Source: Octopus sinensis (Eukaryota). From it: DNA of 64,000 nt. The stretch's first letter is position 1, and each line of letters starts with the position of its first letter. The stretch spans positions 78,244,001 to 78,308,000 of the forward strand of contig NC_043005.1 of the NCBI RefSeq assembly GCF_006345805.1, given 5' to 3'. This document shows, piece after piece, positions 1-14,358 of the stretch. The position numbers and the translations under genes were made by a program. The notes beneath the pieces were generated by a model. It made no database searches. It was not told the origin of the DNA and saw nothing but the letters and a program-made list of their open reading frames with translations.

Positions 1-129
1 ACTCTATCCTCACTCCTTTTCAAGTAGTACTCTATTCACGACTTCCTTTTCAATTAGTACTAGAAATTAAGGAAAGTGGCGTTGCAATTTTCGCTGACAA
101 CAGGATTCTTCTTACACGTGACAGCAGCC

Positions 130-295
130 GTTCGACATAAGGTACAACTCATTTTTGTCAGCTTAGTGGACCGGAGCAACGTGGTAATAAAGCGTTTTGC
201 TCAAAAACGTAACGCGCCGCCCGCTCCAAGAATCTAACCCACGATCTACCGATCGGAAATGCAACATCCTAACAACTAGGCCACTGGCCTTCACA
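130..295 (-). mobile_element. degenerate tRNA-derived SINE (family C)
   Basis: Reverse complement resembles 18970-19250 and 27405-27635 (ggcctagtggttagg A-box; ttgagcaaaacgc..ttgctccggtccact body). Confidence 0.55.
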
Positions 296-959
296 TATAA
301 CCCAACAGATACAAGCATCAATATACAAACTGTTTTGAAATATGCTTAGGCCTAAACGTTCACGGATTAGCGAGGTTATTGTGTTCACAGAACGGACTGA
401 ATGTTGGAGAAAATGATCGTCCTGTACCCTGTCAGGTTATGTGTTCAAATCTCCGAAGATCACCTGTATCGGTTATCCTTCTAAGTCGGTAGAGCAACGT
501 ACCATTGTAGCACTGGGATCGATGCGAAAGACAGTTCTCTCTCTATAAAATGTGTGACTCCATTACAATTCAATACTTGCATATACCTGAAGCAACACAA
601 GAACATCATTTATTTATAGTCACGAAGGAGATATTTAAAACAAAACAAAGCAAATAAAAAAATTGAAGTCAGTATAACTTTTTTACACTGTCGTCTCTCC
701 TCCTTCCCTCCCCCCTCTCACTTTCTCTCTCTCTTGGAAAAGACACTCTGCTGCAAGAATCTTTAAGATCTGAATATTTTCAGAAATATGATATCGCTGT
801 GTCTAATGACGTCATGTACATAATATCAGATAACGATTCACAAGACTAGGAGTAAAAAGAACTGTGAATTAGAAAGAAAAGACAAAAGAATTTATGTAAA
901 TGTCGAAAGATATACCCGAGAAAAGGATGAAAGGGGTTGGCGGATGGTACTGTTAGATA

Positions 960-1049
960 CAGAGAGAGAAAGAGGGGAGAGGGAGGGGGAAGAAAAGGGG
1001 AGAGAGAGACAGACTAACAAATAGATAGATGATAGATAGATAAACAGAC

Positions 1050-1080
<31 letters not shown>

Positions 1081-1114
1081 GATAGAGAGAGAGAGAGAGA
1101 GACCTACAGACAGG

Positions 1115-1184
<70 letters not shown>

Positions 1185-1202
1185 AACAAACAGATAGATA
1201 TA
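960..1202. repeat. (GA)n/(GATA)n/(GACA)n compound microsatellite
   Basis: Directly visible. Confidence 0.95.
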
Positions 1203-1425
1203 TTTCTTTATTGCCTACAAGGGGCTAAACTTAGAGGGGACAAACAAGGACAGACAAAGGGATTAAGTCGATTACATCGACCCCAGTGCGTAACTGGTAT
1301 TTATTTATCGACCTCGGAAGGATGAAAGGCAAATTCGACGTTGGCGGAATTTGAACTCAGAATGTAACGGCAGACGTAATACGAATAAGCATTTCCGTAA
1401 TACGGCTACGCATTTCGCCCGGCCC
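1203..1425 (-). mobile_element. tRNA-derived SINE family B
   Basis: Matches the multi-copy consensus ctgagttcaaattccgccgaggtcgactttgcctttcatcctttcggggtcgataaa..taccagttacgcactggggtcg. The central block resembles the Meta-type SINE domain from memory, not searched. Confidence 0.85.
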
Positions 1426-2055
1426 TTGTATGACTGAGTCCTTTTTATCGACTCAGTAAATAAGACTACTATTTAACCATTCCATAGTCGCTTATGCTGC
1501 TGAAAATAACGAGACGTGGCGGAGTCCATGCCTCTTCAGGTGAGACTACCCACAGTTTAGCTCTGCAAGAAGAAAAAAATCAGACAAAAAAAATAAATAT
1601 CAGGAGGTAGAAAGAAACAGAATCGATCCCAGTCTAGAACCCTTACTTTATGTATATGCTTCGAAAAAAAAATTTTTTTAATGTTGATTTAGCACGGATT
1701 TGAACTCAGAAGAAAGAGCGCCAGAACGTTTACCGTTAAGCACCTAATTGCGCCAATTAGGCCCCTTCATCGGAGCGTATCCTGTATAAATGGCCAGAGT
1801 ACCCCGTCTTTCTTTGAAGACAAAAGAGTCGTCTGAATTGAATTGCATTACAAGCGTTTCAAGAGTACCATGCAGTGATAATTGGAAAGAAGATAAAATC
1901 GTTTCGTGGAAATTGATAGCAATTTCTAACAAAATGTGAAGCAATTATTTCTGACAGAAATATGTGAAAAAAAAAAATAAATAAATGATCCATACTTGTT
2001 AATATTAGAAACCAATTCATTCTCTGTCTGTTTCTGTCTCTGTCCATCTATTTCT

Positions 2056-2113
<58 letters not shown>

Positions 2114-2292
2114 GATATATATATCTAGCCCTCTGCCTCTCTTTCTCTTCTCTTCTTTTTCTCTTCTTCTCACTTTAGCTTCCCCCCCCTCCATTGTGTT
2201 TCCCTCTCTTTGCGCGCGTACGCTTCATTCACCTTTGCACATACATTCGCATTCCTATGCACAAAAACATACATACATACATACATACATAC

Positions 2293-2352
<60 letters not shown>

Positions 2353-2414
2353 ATAGCTAGCTAGATAGATAGATAGGTAAACTTACTTAGAATCGTTCAA
2401 TCGTATAATAGTAT

Positions 2415-2453
<39 letters not shown>

Positions 2454-2509
2454 GTACAGTACGTACAAACATAGGTACACATACATATATACACACACAC
2501 ACATGCATA

Positions 2510-2562
<53 letters not shown>

Positions 2563-2732
2563 GGAAAGAGAGATTACCATATTTAGGATATGCATGTGTA
2601 TGTGCATATAAATGCGTTTCATATACACTCATGGTTACATATGCATACATAAACAATTTCACATACGCTCATATTCATAATTTTATCTATATATGTAGGA
2701 GGCGTATATGCTGTATACTGTATGTATGTATG

Positions 2733-2766
<34 letters not shown>

Positions 2767-3022
2767 TGTATGTATGTATGTATGTATGTATGTAGGTAGG
2801 TTGGTAGGTAGGTAGGTTGATAGGCAGGTAAGTAAGTAGGTCTGCACGTACGTACTCATGCACGTACGTACGTGAGTACGTACGTATGTATACATCATAC
2901 ATGCTTGAATTTGTGCATGTACAGTAAAAATTAAAGTTACCCTAATTATGCTTTGAAGGTAAATATTAATCTTCTACTTTGATGATTGCTTAAATCTTTC
3001 AAAGTTAAAAAATATACTACTG

Positions 3023-3104
<82 letters not shown>

Positions 3105-3654
3105 TGATAATAATAATAGTAAATAGTATTCAATTTGTCGTGCTGAATGTTATGTTATGCTGACTGGAATAGTTAGCTAATTGAGTTTTAAGTCTAATTT
3201 CGAAAATACTGCTAATTGCGGTTCGAGGGTAAAAAAAAGAGTCGAAAATATAAACAAATTATGACTGTTAGCATAGGACTTTACTAATGATTTCATTTAA
3301 AGCAAAGTTTAAACGTAATAAACGGTCTTAAAATAGTCGTAACTAATTTAGGTACAATGTCAGCCATTTTGTTTCTTTTAAGAAATGGATGAGGTTAGTT
3401 GATTAAAAAGACTCCAGTACTTGACGGGTATCTTATTTTATCGACTTCTGAAGAATAAAACAAAGTTTACCACGAAAGGATTTGGGATCAGAAAATAAGA
3501 GATAGAAGAAATAGTGTAAAAAATTTAGTTCGACGCTTTAAGGATTTTTGTCACGGTTCCGAATTAAAATAAGGATTTTTAATTTAACTCAAAGCTAGAA
3601 AATTTTAGATGTGATTAGTCGATATCATCTACACTCATCGATAAAGTGAGAACT

Positions 3655-3775
3655 GGGGTCGACCCCGAAAGGATGAAAGGCAAAGTTGACATCGACTGAA
3701 TTTGAACACAGAACGTAAAGACAGACCAAAAAACGCTAAGCAATTTGCCCAACTTCCTAACGATTCAGATCACTT
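3655..3775 (-). mobile_element. SINE family B, partial
   Basis: gaccccgaaaggatgaaaggcaaagttgac core. Confidence 0.75.
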
Positions 3776-3808
3776 GCTATGCAAGTACATCTCTGTAAGT
3801 TATATATG

Positions 3809-3852
<44 letters not shown>

Positions 3853-3858
3853 CATGTG

Positions 3859-3899
<41 letters not shown>

Positions 3900-4071
3900 G
3901 ATTGTAAATAAATAGTGGATTTTAATGTAACCAAGGTAATTTTAAAAGCAAGAAAGACAATTTTATCCAAATATTTGACGTCTTGTATTTCATGACAAGA
4001 TAATAGCTATATTCTTACTTTCTAGTGACTCACTAAAAAGATAAATATGGAGTTGCTCATTACGTTTTCAA

Positions 4072-4136
<65 letters not shown>

Positions 4137-4815
4137 GATTATTATTATTATTATAATTGTTGTTGTTGTTGTTGTTGTTCTTGCTGTTTTTTCTATTATT
4201 TAATTATTTATGTGTATTTAAGTTTATGAATTGAATAGAAAACGCGATTCCAATTGGCATATTGAAGAAATAGCAGAAGTACAAATTTATTTAAATCTTT
4301 TGATATGAGAATTTTCTGGAATAACGTTCGTTTGAATTAACTTTGGAACAGCGAAACACTGATAAGCAAGACCATAAAAAAAAAATTTAAATAAGAAAAC
4401 AAAAAAAAGACTCATTAATTTTTGATAAACATTAAAATAATGTAATGGCTCTTGCGGTAATGAGCTGGGAAATGTGTTAGAACGATAGGCAAAATATCTT
4501 GCATGACGAAAATTTCTAATTTCACTATTGCCATAGTTACCTTTGATGTGAAAGAACTACAGATGTACAGCAATTGTAGTGGTCTTCTGAGTCCATTTCT
4601 TATGACTTCGCTCAGGCCAGCATAATAATCTCTATAGACGTACAGCAGAAAACAAAGGAGTTCACAGAGTACAACGTGTCCCAGAATGCAACACTGGATC
4701 CCGTTGATTAATGGAATAATCAGCGCAATCAACAATGGTGGAGTTGTTCAACGAATGATAAAAGAGCTCTTACGATATCACCTGCTAAAATTAACAGCCA
4801 AATATCCCTCCAAAT

Positions 4816-4902
<87 letters not shown>

Positions 4903-4996
4903 TGTATGTATATGCATACATATATATAACTGATAATTCTATTCTAATTTTGGCACAAGGTACCTATGACAACAGGTATTGTTTTAATTATCATTA

Positions 4997-5200
4997 AAGA
5001 GATGAGCTGGCGGAACCGTTAGTATCCCGGGCGAAATGCTTAGCGGTGTATCGTCTGCCGCTACATTCTGAGTTTGAATTCTACCGAGGTCGATTTTGCC
5101 TTCGGTCATTTCGCGGTTAATAGAATAAATAAAAGTCGATGTAGTCTACTAGTATCTCCCAATCAGACGGTTACCCTTTTGTCAAAATTTGAAATCATTA
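4997..5200 (+). mobile_element. SINE family B (duplicated at ~6312-6510)
   Basis: gagctggcggaaccgttag..gcgaaatgcttagcgg..ctgagtttgaattctaccgaggtcg head. Confidence 0.8.
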
Positions 5201-5202
5201 GT

Positions 5203-5410
5203 ACGTGAGCGTGCTGAAAAGTTCCTGGCTTTGAGTAATAGAAAATACAAGAGGATCGGTTAATTATGATTTTATCCAGTATAGAGTTTTATATATATAG
5301 ATATTCCCCTCTCAGATTCACATTTTTATTGCAGTAATCCTTTAGGTTTTCTAAACCCTGTAAAAGAACTCGGACTGTTGGGCCTCCAGCCTTTCGCGAT
5401 ACCCTTTAAC
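5203..5410. mobile_element. mariner-type MITE, right end truncated (duplicated at ~6515-6722)
   Basis: TA followed by cgtgagcgtgctgaaaagttcctggcttt TIR; same family as 19323-19541. Confidence 0.7.
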
Positions 5411-6166
5411 TAATGTTGTTGTTGTTGTTACTGTTGTTGTTGTTGTTGTCGTTGCTGCTGTTGTTGTTGTTGTTGTTGTGTTGTTGTTGTTGTGTTGTTG
5501 TTGTTGTTGTTCTTGCTGTTTTTTCTATTATTTAATTATTTATGTGTATTTAAGTTTATGAATTGAATAGAAAACGCGATTCCAATTGGCATAGCGGATT
5601 GAAGAAATAGCAGAAGTACAAATTTATTTAAATCTTTTGATATGAGAATTTTCTGGAATAACGTTCGTTTGAATTAACTTTGGAACAGCGAAACACTGAT
5701 AAGCAAGACCATAAAAAAAAATTTAAATAAGAAAACAAAAAAAAGACTCATTAATTTTTGATAAACATTAAAATAATGTAATGGCTCTTGCGGTAATGAG
5801 CTGGGAAATGTGTTAGAACAATAGGCAAAATATCTTGCATGACGAACATTTCTAATTTCACTATTGCCATAGTTACCTTTGATGTGAAAGAACTACAGAT
5901 GTACAGCAATTGTAGTGGTCTTCTGAGTCCATTTCTTATGACTTCGCTCAGGCCAGCATAAGAATCTCTATAGACGTACAGCAGAAAACAAAGGAGTTCA
6001 CAGAGTACAACGTGTCCTAGAATGCAACACTGGATCCCGTTGATTAATGGAATAATCAGCGCAATCAACAATGGTGGAGTTGTTCAACGAAATGATAAAA
6101 GAGCTCTTACGATATCACCTGCTAAAATTAACAGCCAAATATCCCTCCAAATCCATATATATATAT

Positions 6167-6216
<50 letters not shown>

Positions 6217-6772
6217 TGTATGTATATGCATACATATATATAACTGATAATTCTATTCTAATTTTGGCACAAGGTACCTATGACAACAGGTATTGTTTTA
6301 ATTATCATTAAAGAGATGAGCTAGCAGAACCGTTAGTATCCGGGCGAAATGCTTAGCGGTGTATCGTCTGCCGCTACATTCTGAGTTTGAATTCTACCGA
6401 GGTCGATTTTGCCTTCGGTCATTTCGCGGTTAATAGAATAAATAAAAGTCGATGTAGTCTACTAGTATCTCCCAAACAGACGGTTACCCTTTTGTCAAAA
6501 TTTGAAATCATTAGTACGTGAGCGTGCTGGAAAGTTCCTGGCTTTGAGTAATAGAAAATACAAGAGGATCGGTTAATTATGATTTTATCCAGTATAGAGT
6601 TTTATATATATAGATATTCCCCTCTCAGATTCACATTTTTATTGCAGTAATCCTTTAGGTTTTCTAAACCCTGTAAAAGAACTCGGACTGTTGGGCCTCC
6701 AGCCTTTCGCGATACCCTTTAAACTAATGTTGTTGTTGTTGTTACTGTTGTTGTTGTTGTTGTCGTTGCTGC

Positions 6773-6806
<34 letters not shown>

Positions 6807-7455
6807 GCTGTTGTTGTTGCTGCTGCTGTGGTTTCTATTATCAATATAAAGCGAACGCTATGTTATTCAAAGTTCATCAGTTCAGGCTAGTAAGAAATTG
6901 TCTAGTCAAACAATATTGAATTATTGGAACGTTTAAATAGAAACTCCACTTAATTATAGATGCTGTTGTATAAGAGAGATGGCAAGTAATCTATGATCAG
7001 TGGCTTTGTATGTAACCAGATGCACTGAATGATACGTTAAATATTGGTGTATTGTTCTATTGTAGGATCGGAGGTTTGGACAAAGCTGTGTGGTTAAGAA
7101 CTACATGATTCAGTTTTCTCTAACTTCCGGTTGATTAATGACCTCTGAGTAGGCGGAAAGTATGTGGAAGCCCGTCGTTTACATACACACACACATATAC
7201 ACACACACATTCAGATACACATAGATACATACACACATATATACTTACAGATATACACACACATACGTATATACATGTATACATACACACCTACATACAA
7301 ATACATACATACACACATACATACATTTATACATGCATACATACATACGTACGTACATATATACATACATACATACATACATACATACATACATACATAC
7401 ATACATACATAGAAAGATATACAGAGGCAGAAAGAATGTAGATAGATAGACAGAC

Positions 7456-7564
<109 letters not shown>

Positions 7565-7644
7565 CACATATTATTATTATTATTATTATTATTATATTAT
7601 TATATTATTATTATTATTATTATTATTATCATTATTATTATTAC

Positions 7645-9440
7645 TTTTTTTTTTCTTCTTTCAAATTTTCTTCCATTTCTTGCTGAGTGTCTTCCCGACT
7701 CCTAGGGCAAAGAAACTCATAGTGTATATTGGTAGGCCATTAAACCAAACTCAGTAGTTCGTTAATTTTTTTAAATTTTTTTTTTAAGTTAAATTAAAAT
7801 ACATGAGCAGCAACAGTTCTCACATCGACAATGCTCTTCTCAATACGTGTGATGTACCAGTATTATTATTATTATTATTATCATTATTATTATTATTATT
7901 ATTATTTATTATTATTATTATTATATGTTTGCCTTTTGCTTTGTATTTGTACAAGATGGCTCCAAGTCTCACCCAGAGACCTTAAGAGATTGGTTAGAAG
8001 TTCGTGCTGGTGTTATACTTAGGGTGTCATATAGATGGTTTTGCACATAGTATTTATTCTGAGGAATGTTTCAGAAAACATAAGAAAATTATGAGTTTGT
8101 TTTAAAATTTGAGATTACATAGACATTTTACGTAAGATATGGGCAGTGCCTATGAAAACGATCTTTTGAATTTCTGCCATTTTTGGGTTTCCTGGTATCT
8201 GAGCTAGGTAGCAATCAGCCCCTTTTGCTATCATTCCTAGGACATATGTGACAACAGGTATTGTTTTAGTCTTCAGGTTCCACATTTTGTCAATTTCTAT
8301 TTCAAAATCTTTATACTTGCTCAGTTTTTGGTATATCTTGACAGATACATTTATATCAACTGGGACAGTCATATCAATGAGGAGGCATGATTTTTGTCTG
8401 AAGTCTTTCAATATAATGTCTGGCCTATTTGCATCTATCTTTCTCTCAGTTTGGACGGTAAATTTCCAGAGGAGTGAGATGTGATTATTTTCAAGCACTG
8501 GATGTGGTTTGTGTTCCCACCAGATTTTATCATGGGGCAGGTCCAGGGTTTTGCAAATTAGCCAGTGAATATATTGTGCTGCTCTATCATGCCTCTTGAG
8601 ATGCTCTGTAGGCTCAAGAAGACTGCACATGGAGGCAACATAATAAATGGTTTCATTTTGTTGTTGACATACAGGACATGTTGGGCAGCTGCCGTTCTTT
8701 GATATGCTGGCCAAGTAGTTTCTTGTAAGTAGGTATTGATCTTTGGCTGCTATTATAACCCGTCTGTTTCTGATTTTAAGCAAGAAGCCATTAACCATTG
8801 ATGGGTAAGGGCTTTGTCAACATCGGCATTATTAGCTCTCTTTGGGTATTTGCCATTGAGAGGTTTTTCTTGCCACTTAGCAGTCAGAATATGTAAAGCA
8901 GCAGTTTTAGAACTTCTCTGCGCTTGTTTCTAGTACGTCTAATTCAGGAATTTGTTGTATTTGGAATTCATTTGTATATTCCTTTGCCTGTTTTGTTACT
9001 GAGTGATGCTTTCTTGTTCTCGTGTTTTGAGACAAGTTTTAACATCCAGTTATCAGAGTTTTTCAGGTAGGTGTTTAGGCCAATTGTGGAAATCTTCATT
9101 GTTAATTCCAGTTAGTCCACGGCGCCCTCTTTTCTTGGCAGATAAAGCCGTTCTATATCTGCCTTAGGATGGTGCATTCTTTGCATTGTCAACAATTTCC
9201 GCATTTTTCTGTTAAGATTACATATTTCAGTAATTAACCAGTCAATGATATTGAAACTGTAAATGACGACGGGTACAGCTAAAGTATTGATCGCTTCGAT
9301 CCGTTTTCTTGCATTCATCTCTGTCTTGAGTATTGCTCTTACCCTGCGATAATATTCTCTTCTGATCCTTTCCCTCATAACTGAATGTTTGATTCCGTCC
9401 ACTTCAAATACCCCCAAAGTATTTGTAGTTCTCCGCTGAT
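7645..9440 (-). mobile_element. R4/Dong-like non-LTR retrotransposon, 5'-truncated and decayed
   Basis: ORF 8115-8798 has a degenerate CCHC knuckle (CPVC..C), RHD, and restriction-like endonuclease motifs RPDI..LIDMTVP..KLSKY. ORF 9112-9417 is a post-RT region (HPKADIERLYLPRKEG). Both ends abut (TAA)n. Confidence 0.9.
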
Positions 9441-9468
9441 TATCATTATTATTATTATTATTATTATT

Positions 9469-10021
9469 GAGTGAGAGAGCAGTTCATGCCATCAAAGTGA
9501 CACTGGGGTAAAATATACGAAGCCCAATAACCCATCATGACTACCCGTCTGATAAGGTACACCAGGCACATGCATCACAACCATATGTGCGCAACATGGT
9601 GATCTCATATCAAGATAAACAGCACATGACCTTGCAGGTGGGCCCCAGTTAGAATTTTCTTCAGGTTGAGTAGCCCATCCCGCTCAAACGGTCCCTGAAT
9701 AAGGGTTGTTTAAGGATGTTGAAAGAACCACCCATGTTTCCAGAGGTGAACTATTCAAACCCCAAAGAATCCCTCTCAACACATGGTTATGATGCTCCCC
9801 CACTACTTCTGCTCGTGATCAGAGATGCACATATCGTCAGCCACTAAGGGACATGCTCAACTGGTTAAGGTCAAACAACTGGCAAGCAAATCTGTGGTAT
9901 TGAGCAGAATATTTGCTGCAGCCCATCTTTTATACCAAGACAAAACAATGTACATGATAACACTTCCAATCAGTTAAGATCAGAAGCCATGAGAGCCACT
10001 GCCTGGTACTGCATCAGGGCA
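9469..10021 (-). mobile_element. ~0.55 kb non-coding element flanked by (TAA)n, copy 1
   Basis: Near-identical to 49325-49860 and 56924-57446. Confidence 0.85.
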
Positions 10022-10034
10022 TTTATTATTATTA

Positions 10035-10080
<46 letters not shown>

Positions 10081-10097
10081 CATCATAATTATTACTA

Positions 10098-10310
10098 AGG
10101 CGGTGAGCTGGCAGAATCTTTAGCTCACTGGACGAATTGCTTTGTGGCATTTCGTCCGTCGCCGCGTCCTGAGTTCAAATTCCGCCGAGGTCGACTTTGC
10201 CTTTCATCCTTTCGGGGTCAAGAAATTAAATACCAGCTGCATACTGTCTCGATTTAATAGATAGACTGCTACCTCCCCAAAATTTCAGGCCTTTTGTCTA
10301 TAGTAGAAAG
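10098..10310 (+). mobile_element. SINE family B
   Basis: aaggcggtgagctggcagaa head, gagttcaaattcc B box, conserved central block. Confidence 0.85.
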
Positions 10311-11134
10311 CATTGCTACAACTACAGTTTGATTTCGCCCCATACGAGTTTCGTAAGCTCGTCACAGGAACCTTGCTCGTCTGGCTCAGATGGTCCTACC
10401 GAATCTGTTGAGTGACTCTTTCTTTCATTCGTCTACTCACTCATATATGTGTGCGTGCGCGCGCGCGAGTGTGCATGTGTCTGCGTGCGCGTTCGTATCA
10501 CTCAATCGACCAGATAATCGGATGCTGTTATTTATACGTCGCTAATCACAATGCACTTTCCCACATCGTTGTAGTTTTCCTGTGATGCCACCCCGCTGAT
10601 TAGGTGATCAGGACAAGAGCAGAGTGGGCTGTTGCAATGTGAAATAAAGTGACTTGCTGAAGAACACATCGCCCAGCCAGTATGGGAATCCGAACCACGA
10701 TATTGCGATCCGATAGATAACACATTTTCACAGACACACATACGTGAGTGTGTAAGTGCGTTTGGGAGAATGTACGTCTGTGTGTGTATGTGTGTATGTC
10801 AGTGTGTCTGCGTGTGGAGCTTTTGGCTACTTTCAGAGATATAAGAACGAAGTATAAAACTGAAGATTGAAAAAAAAAAAAGAAAACGGTAACTTCGATT
10901 CTTTAGGCTTTGAGTTCGAATCACTATGAAGAGCTACTTCTAGATTCAGCTGCGGGTGATTCTCTATCAGTTTTGTTCTTGGAATATCAGGAAATTCAGT
11001 CCAAAACATGTACTGCATTCAGTTCCGTTGATCTACTATATCGTATAGTCAATGTTAAAAAGCCAGTAACCCAATAATCAAAACTAATTCATAAATAAGA
11101 TTTAAGATCTCGTAGTGGAAATCGGAGCCCCGGT

Positions 11135-11442
11135 ACATTGGAGCCTCGGTTTACGAAGTTAGCTCATTCCCGAAGGCCGTTCGTCATTCGAAAAGTTCGT
11201 AAACTGAAACTATTTTCCTCATAGGAAATTCAAGATAAGGTACAACGAATTCGAGTAGCGAAAGCTAGACAGCAACTGACACTCTCCAGCTGATATTCCC
11301 AGCTTCTTGCTAATCGCTGTTGCCGGCTTGCGTGTTCGTTACTCGAGACACAGTTCGCCACCCGAGACGTTTAATGCTTGAAAAACTGTTCGTAAACCGA
11401 TTAGTTCGTGATCAGAGGCGTTGGTAAAACCGATATACACTG
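11135..11442. mobile_element. Tigger/pogo-like MITE
   Basis: Left end TA-cattggagcctcggtttacgaa; right end ttcgtaaaccga..aaaccgatatacactg abutting the gap; repeated ttcgtaaac subterminal motifs. Confidence 0.6.
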
Positions 11443-11542
11443 NNNNNNNNNNNNNNNNNNNNNNNNNNNNNNNNNNNNNNNNNNNNNNNNNNNNNNNNNN
11501 NNNNNNNNNNNNNNNNNNNNNNNNNNNNNNNNNNNNNNNNNN
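11443..11542. other. assembly gap (100 N)
   Basis: Run of N. Confidence 1.
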
Positions 11543-11768
11543 TATTTGTATCAGTTTTTCCTTCCTTCTGAAGTAGATATTTTTGCAGTCCTATGATGGT
11601 TATTTATAGTAGTTTTCCAGTTGTATAAGGCCTCTACCACCACCTTTATACGTTGTATATATAGTCTTTCTATGTCAGATTTTGGGTGATGCATCCTAGA
11701 TCCTGTCATTATTTTTCTTGTTTTCCTATCTATTTTGGTCAGTTCATTTCGTGTCCAGTTAAGGATAT
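11543..11768 (-). mobile_element. R4/Dong-like LINE fragment
   Basis: NILNWTRNELTKIDRKTRKIMTGSRMHHPKSDIERLY, near-identical to 48460-48655; abuts (TAA)n. Confidence 0.85.
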
Positions 11769-11780
11769 TATTATTATTAC

Positions 11781-11825
<45 letters not shown>

Positions 11826-11828
<3 letters not shown>

Positions 11829-12036
11829 AGCGGTAAGCTGAAATAATCGTTAGCACGCCGGGCGAAATGCTTAGCGGCATTTCGACTGTCTTTACGCTGT
11901 GAGTTCAAATTCTACCGAGGTCGACTTTGCCTTTTATCCTTCGGAATCGATAAAATAAATACCAGCTGAGTACTGAGGTCAATGTAGACGGCTTACTCAC
12001 TGCACTGAGCTTGCTGGCCTTGTGCCAAAATTTGAA
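11826..12036 (+). mobile_element. SINE family B
   Basis: Full tRNA-like head plus central block. Confidence 0.85.
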
Positions 12037-12632
12037 GACACTTTTATCATTATATTTGTTTTTGTTGCTGTTGTTATTGCTGCTACGATCATCATCATCA
12101 TCATCAGCAGCAGCAGCAGCATCAACATGACAATCTTTATCATTGCCCGTTATCTTATTTACCAACTACAAAACGTATGCATGTATATGTTTCTCTCCTT
12201 TCCATTCCTACGGATCATTTTTCATGCAACCAACAATGCTTGTGGCTATAAGTGGCACAGCTGATGTTGCAGTTGTTATCGTACTTGGTTTCGGTTATAC
12301 TGATGGTGATAGTGGTGGTGGTGGTGGTGGTCTTAGTGGTAGTCATGATGGAATTGTTGTTTTATTTCATTATGTTAGTTTTCTTGTTTCTGCGGCTCTT
12401 TCTAACGCTAGAAGATGTTTGTGATGAAAAAGCTATTGTTATTGCACGTATTTATGTATGTATATATGCATATATATATAATATACAAATATATATATAT
12501 ATTATAATTATATATACATATTATACATATATATATATATATATATATATATCTATATATGTATATATATATATATATATAATGTATATATATGTATAAT
12601 ATATGTATATATGTATGTATGTATGTATGTAT

Positions 12633-13041
12633 ACTCTTTTACTCTTTTACTTGTTTCAGTCATTGACTGCGGCCATTCTGGAGCACCGCCTTTAGTCGAG
12701 CAAATCGACCCGGACTTATTCTTTGTAAGCCCGGTACTTATTCTATCGGTCTCTTTTGCCGAACCGCTAAGTAACGGGGACGTAAACACACCAGCATCGG
12801 TTGTCAAGCAATGCTAGGGGGACAAACATAGACACACAAACATATACACACACACTTTATATATTATATATACATATATACGACAGGCTTGTTTCAGTTT
12901 CCGTCTACCAAATCCACTCACAAGGCATTGGTCGGCCCGGGGCTATAGCAGAAGACGCGCTTGCCCAAGATGCCACGCAGTGGGACTGAACCGGAACCAT
13001 GTGGTTGGTTAGCAAGCTACTTACCACACAGCCCCTGAGCC
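12633..13041 (-). mobile_element. tRNA-derived SINE family A, full length
   Basis: A box ggctgtgtgg, B box ggttcagtccc, internal (TA/TG)n, tail gactgaaacaagtaaaagagtaaaagag; more than 10 copies in the window. Confidence 0.9.
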
Positions 13042-13442
13042 TATGTATATATGTATATATGTTACATGTATGTATATATGTATGTATATATATATTCTAT
13101 ATATATATATAATTATATATATATATATATATATATACGTGTATGTATATTTATATATACATATAAATACATATACATATACATACACACACCATGCATA
13201 TATGCGTTGGTTTTTGTATGAAAAAAATATGTGGTGAATGTGTGTGTGTATGACCAAGAAAATACATGCGCACGTGTGAATGTGTGTGTGTATATGTATA
13301 TATATATATATACACTATATGAGAATACATATGCATCTATATATAAATACGTGTGTATTTATATCTAATATAAACATTGTATATACAATGTTTGTATTTA
13401 TATAAATACACACGTATTTATATATAGATGCATATGTATTCA

Positions 13443-13494
<52 letters not shown>

Positions 13495-14044
13495 CACACA
13501 GGTAGGCACAAGTAGATTCATCTATATATACACATATATAGTATATATATATGTGTGTGTGTGTGTTTGTGTGTCTACGCATATACATATATGTATATAT
13601 ACAAAGTATGGGGGTTTATTTCACAGGTGATCTAGACAATTAAGTACGCTGCGTAAGTGGTGTAACGGATTACTGGGGCTCCAAAGTTATAGCGGAAACT
13701 GTAGTTATGGAGCCATTGAAGATTTCCGATGCAGCGGATATATAATTGTTAAACAGGATAGCATTAAGGCAAGGCAAATATCTCAAGTCATATACAATGT
13801 TATTATAGGAAGAAATTCAAAATCTTCCAAGTGATTTCTATAACATCAGAAAGTTGAACTATGAAATGTTATGCTTCTTTTCTCTTCTTTCTTTCCATCT
13901 CCTTATTCTTTTACTCCCCGAAGAAACGCTTAAAATTTAGCCCTTTATGGACATGGAACCCCGGGTATATCTACCTTTATCTAAATACTCTACTGCTCTA
14001 TAACCTAGGCTGTGCATCTGTCTCGGATTTATGATCTACTGACG

Positions 14045-14134
<90 letters not shown>

Positions 14135-14137
14135 GTA

Positions 14138-14358
14138 TGTAAATATAATATGTGACAATTATTCGGTAGCCATGATAAAACTCCGAGTTTCGGATGTCGG
14201 GGCGGAAACACGCACCGGAATCTCTTCAGTTATCGAGCAGTCCAAAAATTATTTGATGACCCGGTAACGGAAGAGATGTCGGTGCGTGTTTCCGCCCCGA
14301 CATCCGAAACTCGGAGTTTTTCATGGCTACCGTATAATTGTCACATATTATATTTACA
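14138..14358. repeat. fold-back element: ~96 bp inverted arms, ~28 bp spacer
   Basis: 14138-14234 is the reverse complement of 14263-14358 with few mismatches. Confidence 0.95.
14174..14234 (-). ncRNA. type I hammerhead ribozyme motif
   Basis: Minus strand: gataa CTGAAGA gat..atc c GAAA ctc-g-gag TT ttatc. Stem I is gataa/ttatc and stem III is quasi-palindromic. The mirror copy at 14263-14322 (+) has the core changed to CGGAAGA. Confidence 0.75.

Larger units (their letters stand above)
4157..6790. repeat. near-identical tandem duplication, unit ~1.33 kb, with (TTG)n tracts at the boundaries
   Basis: 4157-5500 recurs at about 5500-6790. Matching ORFs at 4415 and 5751 are offset by 1336 nt. 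Only a few substitutions and small indels separate the copies. Confidence 0.95.

Noticed and set aside
4415-6071. Duplicated 106-aa [15 protein letters not shown]
   Set aside because: No recognisable motif, and its recurrence is explained by the tandem duplication. The candidate splice-bounded segment has stops in all three frames.
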